Numbered from the stretch's first letter, positions 20,899-30,402 are shown. The stretch is DNA of 64,000 bases from Thermofilaceae archaeon (GCA_038727095.1 JAVYWK010000007.1:10058-74057); one strand, 5' to 3'. The notes: a model not told the origin generated them from the sequence alone. Made by a program: numbers and translations.

Positions 20899-21010
20899 GG
20901 GGCCGTAGTCCAGCATGGTAGGATGCGCGGCTTGGGAGCTCACGTTCCAGGAGCCCGCGTAGGCAAATCGCCGCGGAGGGACCCGGGTTCAAATCCCGGC
21001 GGCCCCACCA
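20899..21010 (+). tRNA. tRNA-Pro(TGG) with introns at 37/38 (20937-20953) and 44/45 (20961-20978)
   Basis: Removing both BHB-bounded inserts restores a standard cloverleaf ending in CCA. Confidence 0.9.
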
Positions 21011-21146
21011 TTTATCACACCATCCGTAAGCGTAGGGCTTCTTCTACTCATCCTACAGAAAGGTGAATCGAAGAGCAATCATATTAACGAATGTAATAAT
21101 GCGCACTTGATTGAATTTTTATATAAGCATAAATCATAGCGTATAT

Positions 21147-21719
21147 GTGGAGCTGATTACGCCTGAAGAGCTCAAGACTTTGAGGAGGCGCATCGGTTTG
21201 ACTCAAGCCGAGCTGGCCAGGAAAGCTGGAGTAAGCCAATCGCTTATTGCCAGACTAGAAGCCGGTACGGTAAATCCGCGTCTATCAACGTTAATGAAGA
21301 TCTACAACGCATTGAAGGAGTACCTCGAGGAGGAGGTAACAGTCGACAGGGTGATGCACTCACCGGTCATCTACGTGTACATCGACGAGAAGCTGGATCG
21401 GATCGTCGAGCTCATGTGGGTCAACGGTATCTCACAGATCCCTGTGCTTGATAGAGCCGGAAGCGTCGTAGGGACGGTCCACGAGCGCGATGTCGTCGAA
21501 GCGTTTCTTAAGCATCGCGAGAAGGCTCTCACGCTGAAAGCAATGGATGTGATGTCCGAACCACTACCAATTGTGCCGAAAAACGCAAAGCTGAGCAGCG
21601 TGATTAAAATTCTACGCGGCGAATTCCCGGCAGTCCTCGTCGCTGAGAGAGGGAACATCGCTGGCATCGTGACCAGGAGCGACGTAATGCGCTTCTTCGC
21701 TGGACTGCCACGCACCTAA
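21147..21719 (+). CDS. XRE-HTH + CBS-pair transcriptional regulator
   Basis: GLTQAELARKAGVSQSLIARLE..NPRLST, ISQIPV, GIVTRSD. Confidence 0.9.
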   Translation: MELITPEELKTLRRRIGLTQAELARKAGVSQSLIARLEAGTVNPRLSTLMKIYNALKEYLEEEVTVDRVMHSPVIYVYIDEKLDRIVELMWVNGISQIPVLDRAGSVVGTVHERDVVEAFLKHREKALTLKAMDVMSEPLPIVPKNAKLSSVIKILRGEFPAVLVAERGNIAGIVTRSDVMRFFAGLPRT

Positions 21720-22114
21720 CCTTTAGCCTTCACCGCGGCCATTCTAACCCTGTACAGAGTTGACGGCTTCTGACCCTTCTTCATCAGTCGCCCCTCCGAA
21801 ACAAATTTTGCCAAATAGGACGCCAAGGTCGTAACCTTCATTTCAGGCTCCTCATCGGTTAGAATGCCGTACAATTCCCTCAGCGTGAACCAGGCACCAT
21901 CCCCAAACCTTTCTAGTATAATTCTCCAAACTTTTTCTTTTATACTTGTGCTCTCTTCATCCACTGCCTCATCGCTAACTCCTCCACCACTCATTATGCT
22001 GAGCATCTCCATTATCTGCAAGACTCGAGTCTTAGATACCTCCCTACCTTCAAGCGTAATCGTGATTCTTTCGCCAGAGGGTAGCGTTTCCTCGATCTTA
22101 ACCTTTGGCGCCAT
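21716..22114 (-). CDS. uncharacterised winged-helix protein adjacent to putative origin
   Basis: C-terminal WFTLRELY..TTLASYLAKFVSEGRLMKKG..YRV wHTH pattern. Confidence 0.75.
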   Translation of the reverse strand: MAPKVKIEETLPSGERITITLEGREVSKTRVLQIMEMLSIMSGGGVSDEAVDEESTSIKEKVWRIILERFGDGAWFTLRELYGILTDEEPEMKVTTLASYLAKFVSEGRLMKKGQKPSTLYRVRMAAVKAKG

Positions 22115-22299
22115 TTACGAGAAACCCCCGTTAGCGCGCATAAAAGAGAGGCGGTTATTTTACACCGTTCAATCTCCGCAGCATAAACACTATTTCTACT
22201 CTTTTTATTCATTTATCTTGAATCTCCAAGAGTTTATTGGGAAAGGGTAGAATAAATCAGAATAATACGAAATGCGGGAAAATATCTTCTCTTTTTCTA

Positions 22300-22515
22300 G
22301 TTCCACTGGAAGTTAAGGGGTTAGATTGAGCCTTATTCTAGCCGGTTTCTGCCGTTATTCTCGCAGAAAGTAGAAGCGTTCAGCATAACAGTGCTCACCC
22401 CTCTCCTTCCAGTGGAGCATTTGCAATCAACTTCTGTAGTTCAATTCAATCTACTCTAACTGGCTTTTAGAATTATAGGATGCAGTGGAGGCGCTCCATT
22501 GGAAGTTAAGGGGGA
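22300..22515. other. oriC: putative replication origin with three ORB elements
   Basis: GTTCCACTGGAAGTTAAGGGG (22300+), GCTCCACTGGAAGGAGAGGGG (22418-22398, minus), GCTCCATTGGAAGTTAAGGGGG (22493+) in a 420-bp AT-rich intergenic region. Confidence 0.8.
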
Positions 22516-22534
22516 CCATAGTTAGAAGATTCTT

Positions 22535-24157
22535 CTAGTAAATTACGAATGGGATAAGAAAGGTAGCAAAACAAGAGGCAAAAATTACGAGTGCTTTAGT
22601 GAGCATTTCTTCCACTATCCTGCTCATTTTTTGCAGCTTATCGAGATCCAAGTATTTCGACGTGAATTCCAAGGCGCGCAATCTGTAGCGGAAGAGTTTT
22701 CGCGGCGTACGAGCAGTAGTGAGTTCGTTAATGATGCGGATGTACGTTCCAATATCTTGCTTGGCTCCTAGTGGCTCATACGTGGATCCAGGTCTTATGC
22801 CCGTGAGTTCATGGGTATCTGTTGTTGTGGCTATTACGATAGTATTCGATTCGCGCAGTTTATCGTAAAGGGCATCTCTCACTGAGCGCACCATGTTGTT
22901 CGCATCGAAGGATACGATGAATAGGTTGGGTCTACTTGCGTGTGATAGGTGAAGCACGGCTATGCCGGCTCCCCCCAGCTCGGAGCCAATGCGTCCCAGC
23001 TTTTGCGCCGCAGCGATGAACCAGCCATCTGTCACGCTCTCTCGGGCGGAAGAGACTGCGGATGCTGCGCATTGCAGTAGCGAAGTCCCTAACGGATTCT
23101 CAAGCGTGGGGCTCGGACGCAACCACTCGTAGCTGTTGTGTGCGTCTACTAGTATCACCTTGGGTCCAATGGCATTCATCAGGCTTAGCGGGACGTCTTC
23201 CATCCCTCCGTCAACCTTCTCGACTATTACCAGCGACCAGCCCTCATCGAGAGCCAGCGCCACTGCGCGGTAGATGCCGTTACTCCGCTCAGCGACCCCC
23301 AGGGAGGATCCCGTGCTAAGCGTTTCGCCGGAACCCGCGAGAACCTGTTTCACCAGTGTCGCGGCATCTTCTGCTCTCGCTAGGTCCTCAGAGTGCGTAG
23401 ATGCGCCGTGAAGCACCATGCAAAAGATACCAGCCCGCTGAGCCTCTTCAATGAGCATCCGTGGCAAAAGGCTGCTTCCGAAGTTTCGGAAGGGGCCTGG
23501 GTGCACGTGTGGCACGACTATGATGCCCCACGTGCCGTTATCATCCAAAAGATCGAGCGCGTACACTGGAACGCGTTTCTCGACGGAAACCCTGGTTAGG
23601 AGGCCTTCAAGCTGCTCCTTCGATCCTCCTAACGCGTAGTTAAGGTATGCCATTAAAACTTCGAGGCCTCCGAAATCTCGAAGCTCCCGCTCTAGCTCGC
23701 GGACGAATACTTCGATTGATAACAAGACTACTATTGAGAGCGCCACATGTGTGGCCACAGCTATTGTGCCGCCCCCCTCCAGAAGAATTGCTGACAAAGC
23801 GAGGGCGAGAATCATTAGAGGCCAGCTACGCTTGTTAGATACGAAGCGTGTAACCGTTGAAAGCAGCAGTGAAGGGGGTGTGAGTAGCAGGGGACTATAG
23901 CCGCGCAGGAGCGTGACCAGAATGCACCATGCGATGAAGAAGGGTGTTAACCCAAGCGCGCGCTTCGCAGTTATCAAGCTTGGCGCCGATAGCTTCAGCA
24001 GCAGCGGGAGAAGCACGGTTACATGAATCAAGTAAACAATGCTGCAGCGAACGTAAAGGGCTACGGCAAGTAATGCGGCTATCACAGGTACAAGTACTTG
24101 AATTTTAGGGAAGGAGAAGAGCATCCGTGCCCCGCGCTCGAAACCCTCAAGACCCAT
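22535..24157 (-). CDS. DUF2070 family membrane protein
   Basis: N-terminal TM helices; VHPGPFRNFGSS, HGASTH, DAHNS, DANN, TTDTH. Confidence 0.85.
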   Translation of the reverse strand: MGLEGFERGARMLFSFPKIQVLVPVIAALLAVALYVRCSIVYLIHVTVLLPLLLKLSAPSLITAKRALGLTPFFIAWCILVTLLRGYSPLLLTPPSLLLSTVTRFVSNKRSWPLMILALALSAILLEGGGTIAVATHVALSIVVLLSIEVFVRELERELRDFGGLEVLMAYLNYALGGSKEQLEGLLTRVSVEKRVPVYALDLLDDNGTWGIIVVPHVHPGPFRNFGSSLLPRMLIEEAQRAGIFCMVLHGASTHSEDLARAEDAATLVKQVLAGSGETLSTGSSLGVAERSNGIYRAVALALDEGWSLVIVEKVDGGMEDVPLSLMNAIGPKVILVDAHNSYEWLRPSPTLENPLGTSLLQCAASAVSSARESVTDGWFIAAAQKLGRIGSELGGAGIAVLHLSHASRPNLFIVSFDANNMVRSVRDALYDKLRESNTIVIATTTDTHELTGIRPGSTYEPLGAKQDIGTYIRIINELTTARTPRKLFRYRLRALEFTSKYLDLDKLQKMSRIVEEMLTKALVIFASCFATFLIPFVIY

Positions 24158-24341
24158 AGGGCCCTGGTAGTGTATTTTTCAAAAACCTTATCACCTACTT
24201 AGATCTGCGGCACATGCTTAGTGAAAAGATGAGAACCAGAGTCGCTGCATTAGACGAAGAGCTAGCCGATGTTAGCAAAGCGTTGAAATGCGTAAAGGAA
24301 GTGCGTCAGATGTTGTGACTATTCTAAACCATCACCCGTTT

Positions 24342-24454
24342 TGGGGCCCCGGCCGGGACTCGAACCCGGGTTATCCGAGCGGTCAGCCGCCGCTCTCCGG
24401 CTGTCTGCCGAAAAGCCCACAGGCCGGCATGTTAACCCCTACACCACCGGGGCC
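24342..24454 (-). tRNA. tRNA-His(GTG) with encoded G-1; introns at 37/38 (24403-24416) and 45/46 (24373-24394)
   Basis: Cloverleaf restored after removing two BHB/BHL inserts; C discriminator, CCA. Confidence 0.9.
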
Positions 24455-24562
24455 TGTATCCTCTTCGACGAAACCCTTTATAAACTGTTTGCAATCCTCA
24501 GCAGGATTGTAGATTAAGGCGTATTTTACCCAGTTTAACGCGTGCTCTAACATCGTGAGGAA

Positions 24563-24650
<88 letters not shown>

Positions 24651-24675
24651 TACGATTTCGGAGGGGGAAGCTGGC

Positions 24676-25278
24676 TTAAAATTTATCTCCATGCTTTTCC
24701 CACAATTCCATTCTTTTCCTCTTTAATTCCCTTCCAGCAGCTCTAAGATACCCGTAGACTGTCCCATGGCTGCGGCCTTGCACGAGCATCATGAGGGCTT
24801 TCCTGGCAACTTCAACGTTGTCGCACTCGCCCACTATGCCGACCGTTTTTTCGCTTACAACGATTTTAACGCGAGCCATCTGCTCAATGTTCCTCCGTGC
24901 TTTTCCCTCTTCACCGATGATCCTAGCCTTTATCCTCCTTAGGTCGTCTGCGTTTCGCGCCATCTCGTTCAAGTCGAGAACTTCGAAGCACCAGTTTTCA
25001 TCGCTGAGCTGGAGTGCGTCCTCGAGGCTGAAGCCCAGCGAGATTGCCTCTATCGCTTGCTTAGCGCGCATGACTTCCAGGGGGGTCATCCCCTGTATGG
25101 GTGAGATGTAGACGGTTGATGTTTTTGAATCCACGTTCAGAATCACGTTAAACGCCTTCTCCAAAGCGGACTTGTTTGCGCCGTCTCTCCCTACTATTAC
25201 ACCCAGCCGCTCTGGTTTAACCGGAACAGGGATTCCTGCATAAGCGCACATCTCTTTCGAAAAGTTGGCAATGACCAC
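24676..25278 (-). CDS. KH-domain rRNA processing protein (Dim2/Pno1-like); start uncertain
   Basis: LGVIVGRDG, RIIGEEGKAR, GRSHGTVY. Confidence 0.9.
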   Translation of the reverse strand: MVIANFSKEMCAYAGIPVPVKPERLGVIVGRDGANKSALEKAFNVILNVDSKTSTVYISPIQGMTPLEVMRAKQAIEAISLGFSLEDALQLSDENWCFEVLDLNEMARNADDLRRIKARIIGEEGKARRNIEQMARVKIVVSEKTVGIVGECDNVEVARKALMMLVQGRSHGTVYGYLRAAGRELKRKRMELWEKHGDKF

Positions 25279-25394
25279 ATGTTAAGAGTTTTTCTTGCAC
25301 CTTGAAGGAGGTGGGAGCAGAGTGCAAGTCGTGACGTTGAGCTATCGTGCCGAAGAAACAGAGGGGCGTGTTCCCGTAGCAACACAACTTGCTC

Positions 25395-26435
25395 CTAGCG
25401 GGCCACGTCAAAGTATAGGAGCGCCGCGAGGCCCCCACTATTTCTAAGCATCTCTACTCCTTCCAGATTGGGCGGTACAACAACAATGTTTTTAGCAGTG
25501 GCGGCTGCACTTTCCAATACAGTTAAGACGCGCGCCCTATCCTCGCCCAGCAGAGCTTCGTCCAGGATTAGGAGTGCCTCGATTGCGCGCGCTTCTGCAG
25601 CTCGGCGAACCTCCTCCAGTCCCATCGCAACCCTGCCGGGGCCTCGGCTTAACCTTTCGATTAGCTCGTTCATAAGGCGCCTCGGTGTTGAATAAACTTC
25701 CTCTGCGACGAGCTCCTTCAAAGCATTTCTGCGTAACATCTCATACAGACCCGCTAGCCCACCATCTGAAACTTCTATGAAGCGTGACGCACTGACCCCA
25801 ACTTCAGATAAGACTTCGAGCACCAGTTTTGGAGCGGCTACGACAACGGCTCTAGCCCCCCTAGACTTGAGCGATGCTAGTAGTTGTGGAAGAACGTTGC
25901 GTATGGTGGTTTTCAGCTGCTCCTTTAAGCTACCCTCCTTACCCGGCTTTGGTAGGTTGATCACAGCGATTACTTCAAGGCCCTGGGGGCGCAGCAGAGC
26001 CGCGGCTGCCTCATCTACGTCGAAGCTTAGGATACCGATCAGTTGTGTCGCTGTAAGCGCCAGGTGCAAGAGTCTTTCGTGGTGCTTCAATAACGAAGTT
26101 TTTACTATCTCGACTTCATCACCGGGCTTCAAACCGATCGTATGGTGGGATCCTTTTACGCTCAACCATTCGGGCGCTTCGACGACAACTCCTAGTATCC
26201 TGAGCGAGTCGCTGAAGCGTTGGAATTCAACTTTCTTAACCTGCACCGTAAGCTTCACGCGTACTCTCTCCCCCCTTTCGCTCTCAGCAACTCTCTCGAT
26301 TCTGACTTGGCGCGTCGTCCAGGCGGTGACAAGGTCCCCCTCATCGATTATGAGTGAGGTGTAGTAGAGATCCTCGGGGCTCTCTATTTGCAACTTAAGC
26401 CTGTTTGTGCGCTTGTCCTCCTCGATTATCCTCAC
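25395..26435 (-). CDS. pelA: pelota (Dom34) ribosome rescue factor
   Basis: EDLYY..GDLV..TTR, LRILG, GSHHT, GLAGLYE, GGLAALL. Confidence 0.9.
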   Translation of the reverse strand: MRIIEEDKRTNRLKLQIESPEDLYYTSLIIDEGDLVTAWTTRQVRIERVAESERGERVRVKLTVQVKKVEFQRFSDSLRILGVVVEAPEWLSVKGSHHTIGLKPGDEVEIVKTSLLKHHERLLHLALTATQLIGILSFDVDEAAAALLRPQGLEVIAVINLPKPGKEGSLKEQLKTTIRNVLPQLLASLKSRGARAVVVAAPKLVLEVLSEVGVSASRFIEVSDGGLAGLYEMLRRNALKELVAEEVYSTPRRLMNELIERLSRGPGRVAMGLEEVRRAAEARAIEALLILDEALLGEDRARVLTVLESAAATAKNIVVVPPNLEGVEMLRNSGGLAALLYFDVAR

Positions 26436-27151
26436 TGTGTTTCAGCGCCGGCCTCCTCGGTTTTCCGCTCAAGTATTGTGGAGACCAGTTTTACCGCTTT
26501 AATATCGCTTACGTAGTTTTCAACGCTCCTCGCGAACGCGTTGAGTGCCTCGAGGTTTTCTGGTGAAAAGAGGGTGTTAAAGGGGACCGTGACTACTGCG
26601 GTTCCATTCTCGAATTTTAGTGCTACCCCATCGATTGTCACGTACTTCTTGAAAAGAGCCTCGGCTTTTTCCTCGGCGCCTTTGAGGACTTTAACCACTT
26701 TGACCTTGAATACCAGTTCCCGCCCAGCGAGCGGATGGTTGAAATCCACGATGACCCTACCGCTACCCACGCTGATCACGGTGCCCCTCTCACCCCGCAC
26801 TTCTACCTCCATTCCAGCCCGGGGTATGATGCCTCTTGCGGAAAACTCTCTGGCAGGGATCACCCTAACTTTCTCCGGATCCCTTCTACCGAACGCCTTC
26901 TCAGGTGGCAGCTCGATTTCGCGCTCCTCCCCTTCACCGACGTCGACAAGTAGCTCCTCCAAACCGGATGGTAATTCGCCTGAACCCAGAACTACTAAGC
27001 GGGGACCATACTTAGTTTCTTCGCTGAAGAGGCCCGACTCCCTTGCGATTTGTTCGGTGGTTGTTTCGAGTACTCTCGCAGTCGCTTTATCAATTATAGT
27101 GTACTCCAGCAGCACGACATCTCCTTTTACAGGCTTAACGACCCCACTCAT
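26432..27151 (-). CDS. FKBP-type peptidyl-prolyl isomerase (long SlyD-like)
   Basis: LPPEKAFG, VDFNHPLAG. Confidence 0.9.
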   Translation of the reverse strand: MSGVVKPVKGDVVLLEYTIIDKATARVLETTTEQIARESGLFSEETKYGPRLVVLGSGELPSGLEELLVDVGEGEEREIELPPEKAFGRRDPEKVRVIPAREFSARGIIPRAGMEVEVRGERGTVISVGSGRVIVDFNHPLAGRELVFKVKVVKVLKGAEEKAEALFKKYVTIDGVALKFENGTAVVTVPFNTLFSPENLEALNAFARSVENYVSDIKAVKLVSTILERKTEEAGAETQ

Positions 27152-27253
27152 CGCTCACCACGATTTGGCATCTATTTTAAAGACTACTGTGCACGACGTC
27201 TGGCGTACATAGATGGAGATAAATAATATTTATGCTCACGTTACGGGGGCGGC

Positions 27254-28600
27254 GTGTCGGAAAGGTACGAGGTCGTCGTCGTCGGTGGAGGGGTTGCCGG
27301 ACTTTTCGCGGCGTACAATCTAGCTAAAGCTGGGCTCTCAACAGCAATTATCGAATCGAAGGGCGAGGACAGCATCGGAGAGAAGGTTTGCGGTGACGCG
27401 ATAGGGGAGCACCACTTCAGGGAGGTTGGATTGGAGCCACCCCGCGTAGGGGAGGACGCGCTAAGCGCCATAGAGGGTGTACGCGTATACTCTCCAAGCA
27501 AGCGGCATTACGTCACGGCGTGGGGGAGAGGCTACGCTTTGGATAGGAGGGCTTTTGGGAGAAGACTCTTACGGATGGCGGTAAACTCTGGAGCCTCGCT
27601 GCTTGCCGGGCACTCGGCAGTAAAACCGCTAGTCGAGGGCGGCTGGGTTAAGGGGGTCAAGGTCCTAGCTGGGGGAGGATCGCGGGAGATACGGGGGAGC
27701 GTTATCGTTGATGCGACGGGCGCAGCTGCAGCGGTTAGGACGAAGCTGCCCAGCGAATGGTGGGCCTCCTACAGGGCACCCCCCGAGGATTTTAACGCGG
27801 CCTTCAGAGTTATAGCTGAGGTTGAAGTGGAGCAGGACCCCCGCTACGCCGACATATACCTAGACACGAACATAGCGCCTGGGGGCTATTGGTGGTGGTT
27901 CCCCAAGGGGAGGTACGAGGTTAACGTTGGGCTAGGCGTGAAAATGGGTCCTAACGCTCCGAACCCGAGGGAGATGTTCGAGAAGCACATTAAGCCCCTC
28001 GTCGAAAGAGCTGGCGGGAAGATCCTGCACGCGGGTGGAGGGATCGTTCCAACGCGTCGCCCCGCTCCCTGCCCCGTTTGGAATGGACTGGTGGCAGTGG
28101 GGGATGCAGCGTACACCGCTAACCCGCTTCATGGTGGAGGGATTGGACCGGCACTTGTCAGTGCTCTTCATGCGGCAAGACAGATTGTGAAAGCCCTCGA
28201 GGAGGGAGAGCCCTCAATGGAGAAGCTGTGGCCGTACAAGAAGGCGTATCTGCAAGCGTACGGTATAAAGCAGGCGTCTCTCGACGTCGCGCGCATTTAC
28301 CTGCAGGGGCTTTCGAACGACGATATTGAACTGATAATTAGCAGCAAGATAGTGTCGGATGAAGAACTGTCGGCGATAGGCTATCGCGGCGAGCTGTTGA
28401 CTACGGTGCTCTCAAAAGCCCTTTCAATAGTGAGGGTGCTTAAACGGCCATCACTGCTACCCGAGCTTGCACGCCTAAAGTCGCTCATGGACGAATCCGC
28501 ATCAATCTACAGAGGCTACCCTGAATTGCCGTCGGCGTTTGAGCAATGGTTTGCGAAGGTTGAGAGCTTCTTCGCGCAGGTAAAGGACAAATTCTGGTGA
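27254..28600 (+). CDS. digeranylgeranylglycerophospholipid reductase (GGR family)
   Basis: GGGVAG, KVCGDA, PGGYWWWFP, VGDAA..NPLHGGGI. Confidence 0.9.
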   Translation: MSERYEVVVVGGGVAGLFAAYNLAKAGLSTAIIESKGEDSIGEKVCGDAIGEHHFREVGLEPPRVGEDALSAIEGVRVYSPSKRHYVTAWGRGYALDRRAFGRRLLRMAVNSGASLLAGHSAVKPLVEGGWVKGVKVLAGGGSREIRGSVIVDATGAAAAVRTKLPSEWWASYRAPPEDFNAAFRVIAEVEVEQDPRYADIYLDTNIAPGGYWWWFPKGRYEVNVGLGVKMGPNAPNPREMFEKHIKPLVERAGGKILHAGGGIVPTRRPAPCPVWNGLVAVGDAAYTANPLHGGGIGPALVSALHAARQIVKALEEGEPSMEKLWPYKKAYLQAYGIKQASLDVARIYLQGLSNDDIELIISSKIVSDEELSAIGYRGELLTTVLSKALSIVRVLKRPSLLPELARLKSLMDESASIYRGYPELPSAFEQWFAKVESFFAQVKDKFW

Positions 28601-30402
28601 CATGGCTGGAAACTGTGCCGGATGATTTAAGCGAGCTAGCCGAGCTTTTCAAAAGTATAAGTAATGAGCATAGATTGAAAATATTGTTCACATTAGCTCT
28701 AAAAGGTCCTACTTCTTTTTCAGATCTTTCAGATGAGTTGAATATTAGTGGGGGAAAATTAAACTTTCACTTGAGAAAGCTGCGGGACCTGGGGCTGGTA
28801 GCAGCTACCGAGAGCGGCGCGTATGAGCTAACCGAGATGGGGAGATGGATTGTTACGCGAGTGTCCGAATTCGCGAGTAAGACCGTGGAAACTGCCCCAC
28901 TAGTCGATTTCCGTGGTCTTCCCTACCCCTCAGCGAGTGTGAGTGAGATTGCACGCAAGCTTAATTGTGGGAAAGAACTCAGCGACGTCGAGTCGTTCCT
29001 GGAGCGACTTTTTGTGAAGTTTTCGAGCATACAGCGTGAAGGAGTAAGAGGGGAAATGCTGGTTCTGCTGGCCGAAGCAATGTTCTGCGACAGAGAACCT
29101 AGCGTGATTGTTATTCCCCGCACCTTAAGCGTGCTGGCGTTTAAATCGCTGGCCGATGAAGGGTGCTCGCACTTGAAGGAAAGCATCCTTCAGGATCTAG
29201 CCCTCAGTTACGCAGTTGAAAAAATCTCGCCTGTGTTTAAGAGCTATCAGTCTAGGGGTTTGATATACGTGAGGGATCCGGCGCGGTCAATTAGGGGTGC
29301 TCAAGTTGTTGCACTGGCCGTGCCGCGCGGTGTTGAGCTCGGGCGAATCCTGAGCAGACTTATTGATGTAGTTTCTGAACTTGTTTTAGTGCTTGAGGAA
29401 CCTCGTACTGAGGAACTCGAAATGCTGTATGGTCTAATCCCTCCCGGAAAGGTTACCCTAGTTGTTCGTGAGCTCCATGAACACGAGATTCCAGCGCGCG
29501 GCCTAGGGTTTGTGTACCAGGTTAGAGAGGATTTAGACTTGCCCACGAGCGTAGTGAATTTCGCGAACAGCGCAGTACCCTTTATCCTGAATAGGTGCGA
29601 AAGTGTGCCGAGTCTTACCCTGGCGGAAGTACCGCTCCCTGAGCCCGGGGGAGCATACGTATTGCCGCTTCACGTGGCCCTTTCGCTCCCCTCTCTCTAT
29701 GCGGAAATGAAGAGCAAGGGGTTGAATGGCTACCACTTTATCACTCTAGTTGCCGAGGAAACCGAAAGAGTCGCCAGTAACCTTCGTGTGCCAGCTGTTA
29801 AAAGAGCTTTGAAAGGGCTTGTCGACAATGCCGTTGAGTTGGAACCGCAGTTAGCGCTCGTTGGCTTTGAGGCTTCTATGCTGCTGCACCATCGGCAACT
29901 TCACACGCACCGTTTACTCGAGCTAGCAAAAAGGTTCTGGAGTACGGTGATTAGAGGTCTACCGGTAAAGATCACAGCGGCGTTAGCCGATGAGCGCGTT
30001 TACCTGCTTTCTCGGGCGCCAGGTTTCAATGCGCTTTCCCCATTCTCCCTCTCCTCCCAGCGTACGCTGGACGAACTAGCGATGCTGGAAGGCACGGTCC
30101 AGCAACTGCTACGTGGCGGCTCTGTTCTCGCTATCAAGGTTAAAGGCTACTTGACGTCGCCGCTGCTTGACAGAGTGGCTAATATTGTTAGGGGTAGTGG
30201 GGTCCTACGAGTCAGCTTCCACCTGGAGTTCACGAGATGCTCGTTGTGCTCCGCGATGTCCGTGGGAAGAAGCAGTATTTGTAGCACGTGCCTCTCCAGC
30301 GAAGTGACACAGCTAATAAGACCGCTTGGGCTCTATGTACCGCCTCAAACTGTGCCACCTGAGGTTCTCGCCGAATACGAGTCAAGGTTAACCTTGAGTT
30401 AA
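28597..30402 (+). CDS. ArsR-type HTH fused to degenerate class III ribonucleotide reductase (NrdD)-like domain
   Basis: N-terminal FKSISNEHRLKIL..LNFHLRKL..YELT; C-terminal CxxC-x10-CxxC then IRPLGLY..AEYESR. Confidence 0.7.
   Translation: MTWLETVPDDLSELAELFKSISNEHRLKILFTLALKGPTSFSDLSDELNISGGKLNFHLRKLRDLGLVAATESGAYELTEMGRWIVTRVSEFASKTVETAPLVDFRGLPYPSASVSEIARKLNCGKELSDVESFLERLFVKFSSIQREGVRGEMLVLLAEAMFCDREPSVIVIPRTLSVLAFKSLADEGCSHLKESILQDLALSYAVEKISPVFKSYQSRGLIYVRDPARSIRGAQVVALAVPRGVELGRILSRLIDVVSELVLVLEEPRTEELEMLYGLIPPGKVTLVVRELHEHEIPARGLGFVYQVREDLDLPTSVVNFANSAVPFILNRCESVPSLTLAEVPLPEPGGAYVLPLHVALSLPSLYAEMKSKGLNGYHFITLVAEETERVASNLRVPAVKRALKGLVDNAVELEPQLALVGFEASMLLHHRQLHTHRLLELAKRFWSTVIRGLPVKITAALADERVYLLSRAPGFNALSPFSLSSQRTLDELAMLEGTVQQLLRGGSVLAIKVKGYLTSPLLDRVANIVRGSGVLRVSFHLEFTRCSLCSAMSVGRSSICSTCLSSEVTQLIRPLGLYVPPQTVPPEVLAEYESRLTLS

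Noticed and set aside
26541-27212. Long antisense ORFs (e.g. 26541-27212, 9863-10690, 13861-14514, 30442-31101, 42428-43183)
   Set aside because: Shadow frames of well-supported genes, with the Ser/Thr-rich composition typical of antisense translation
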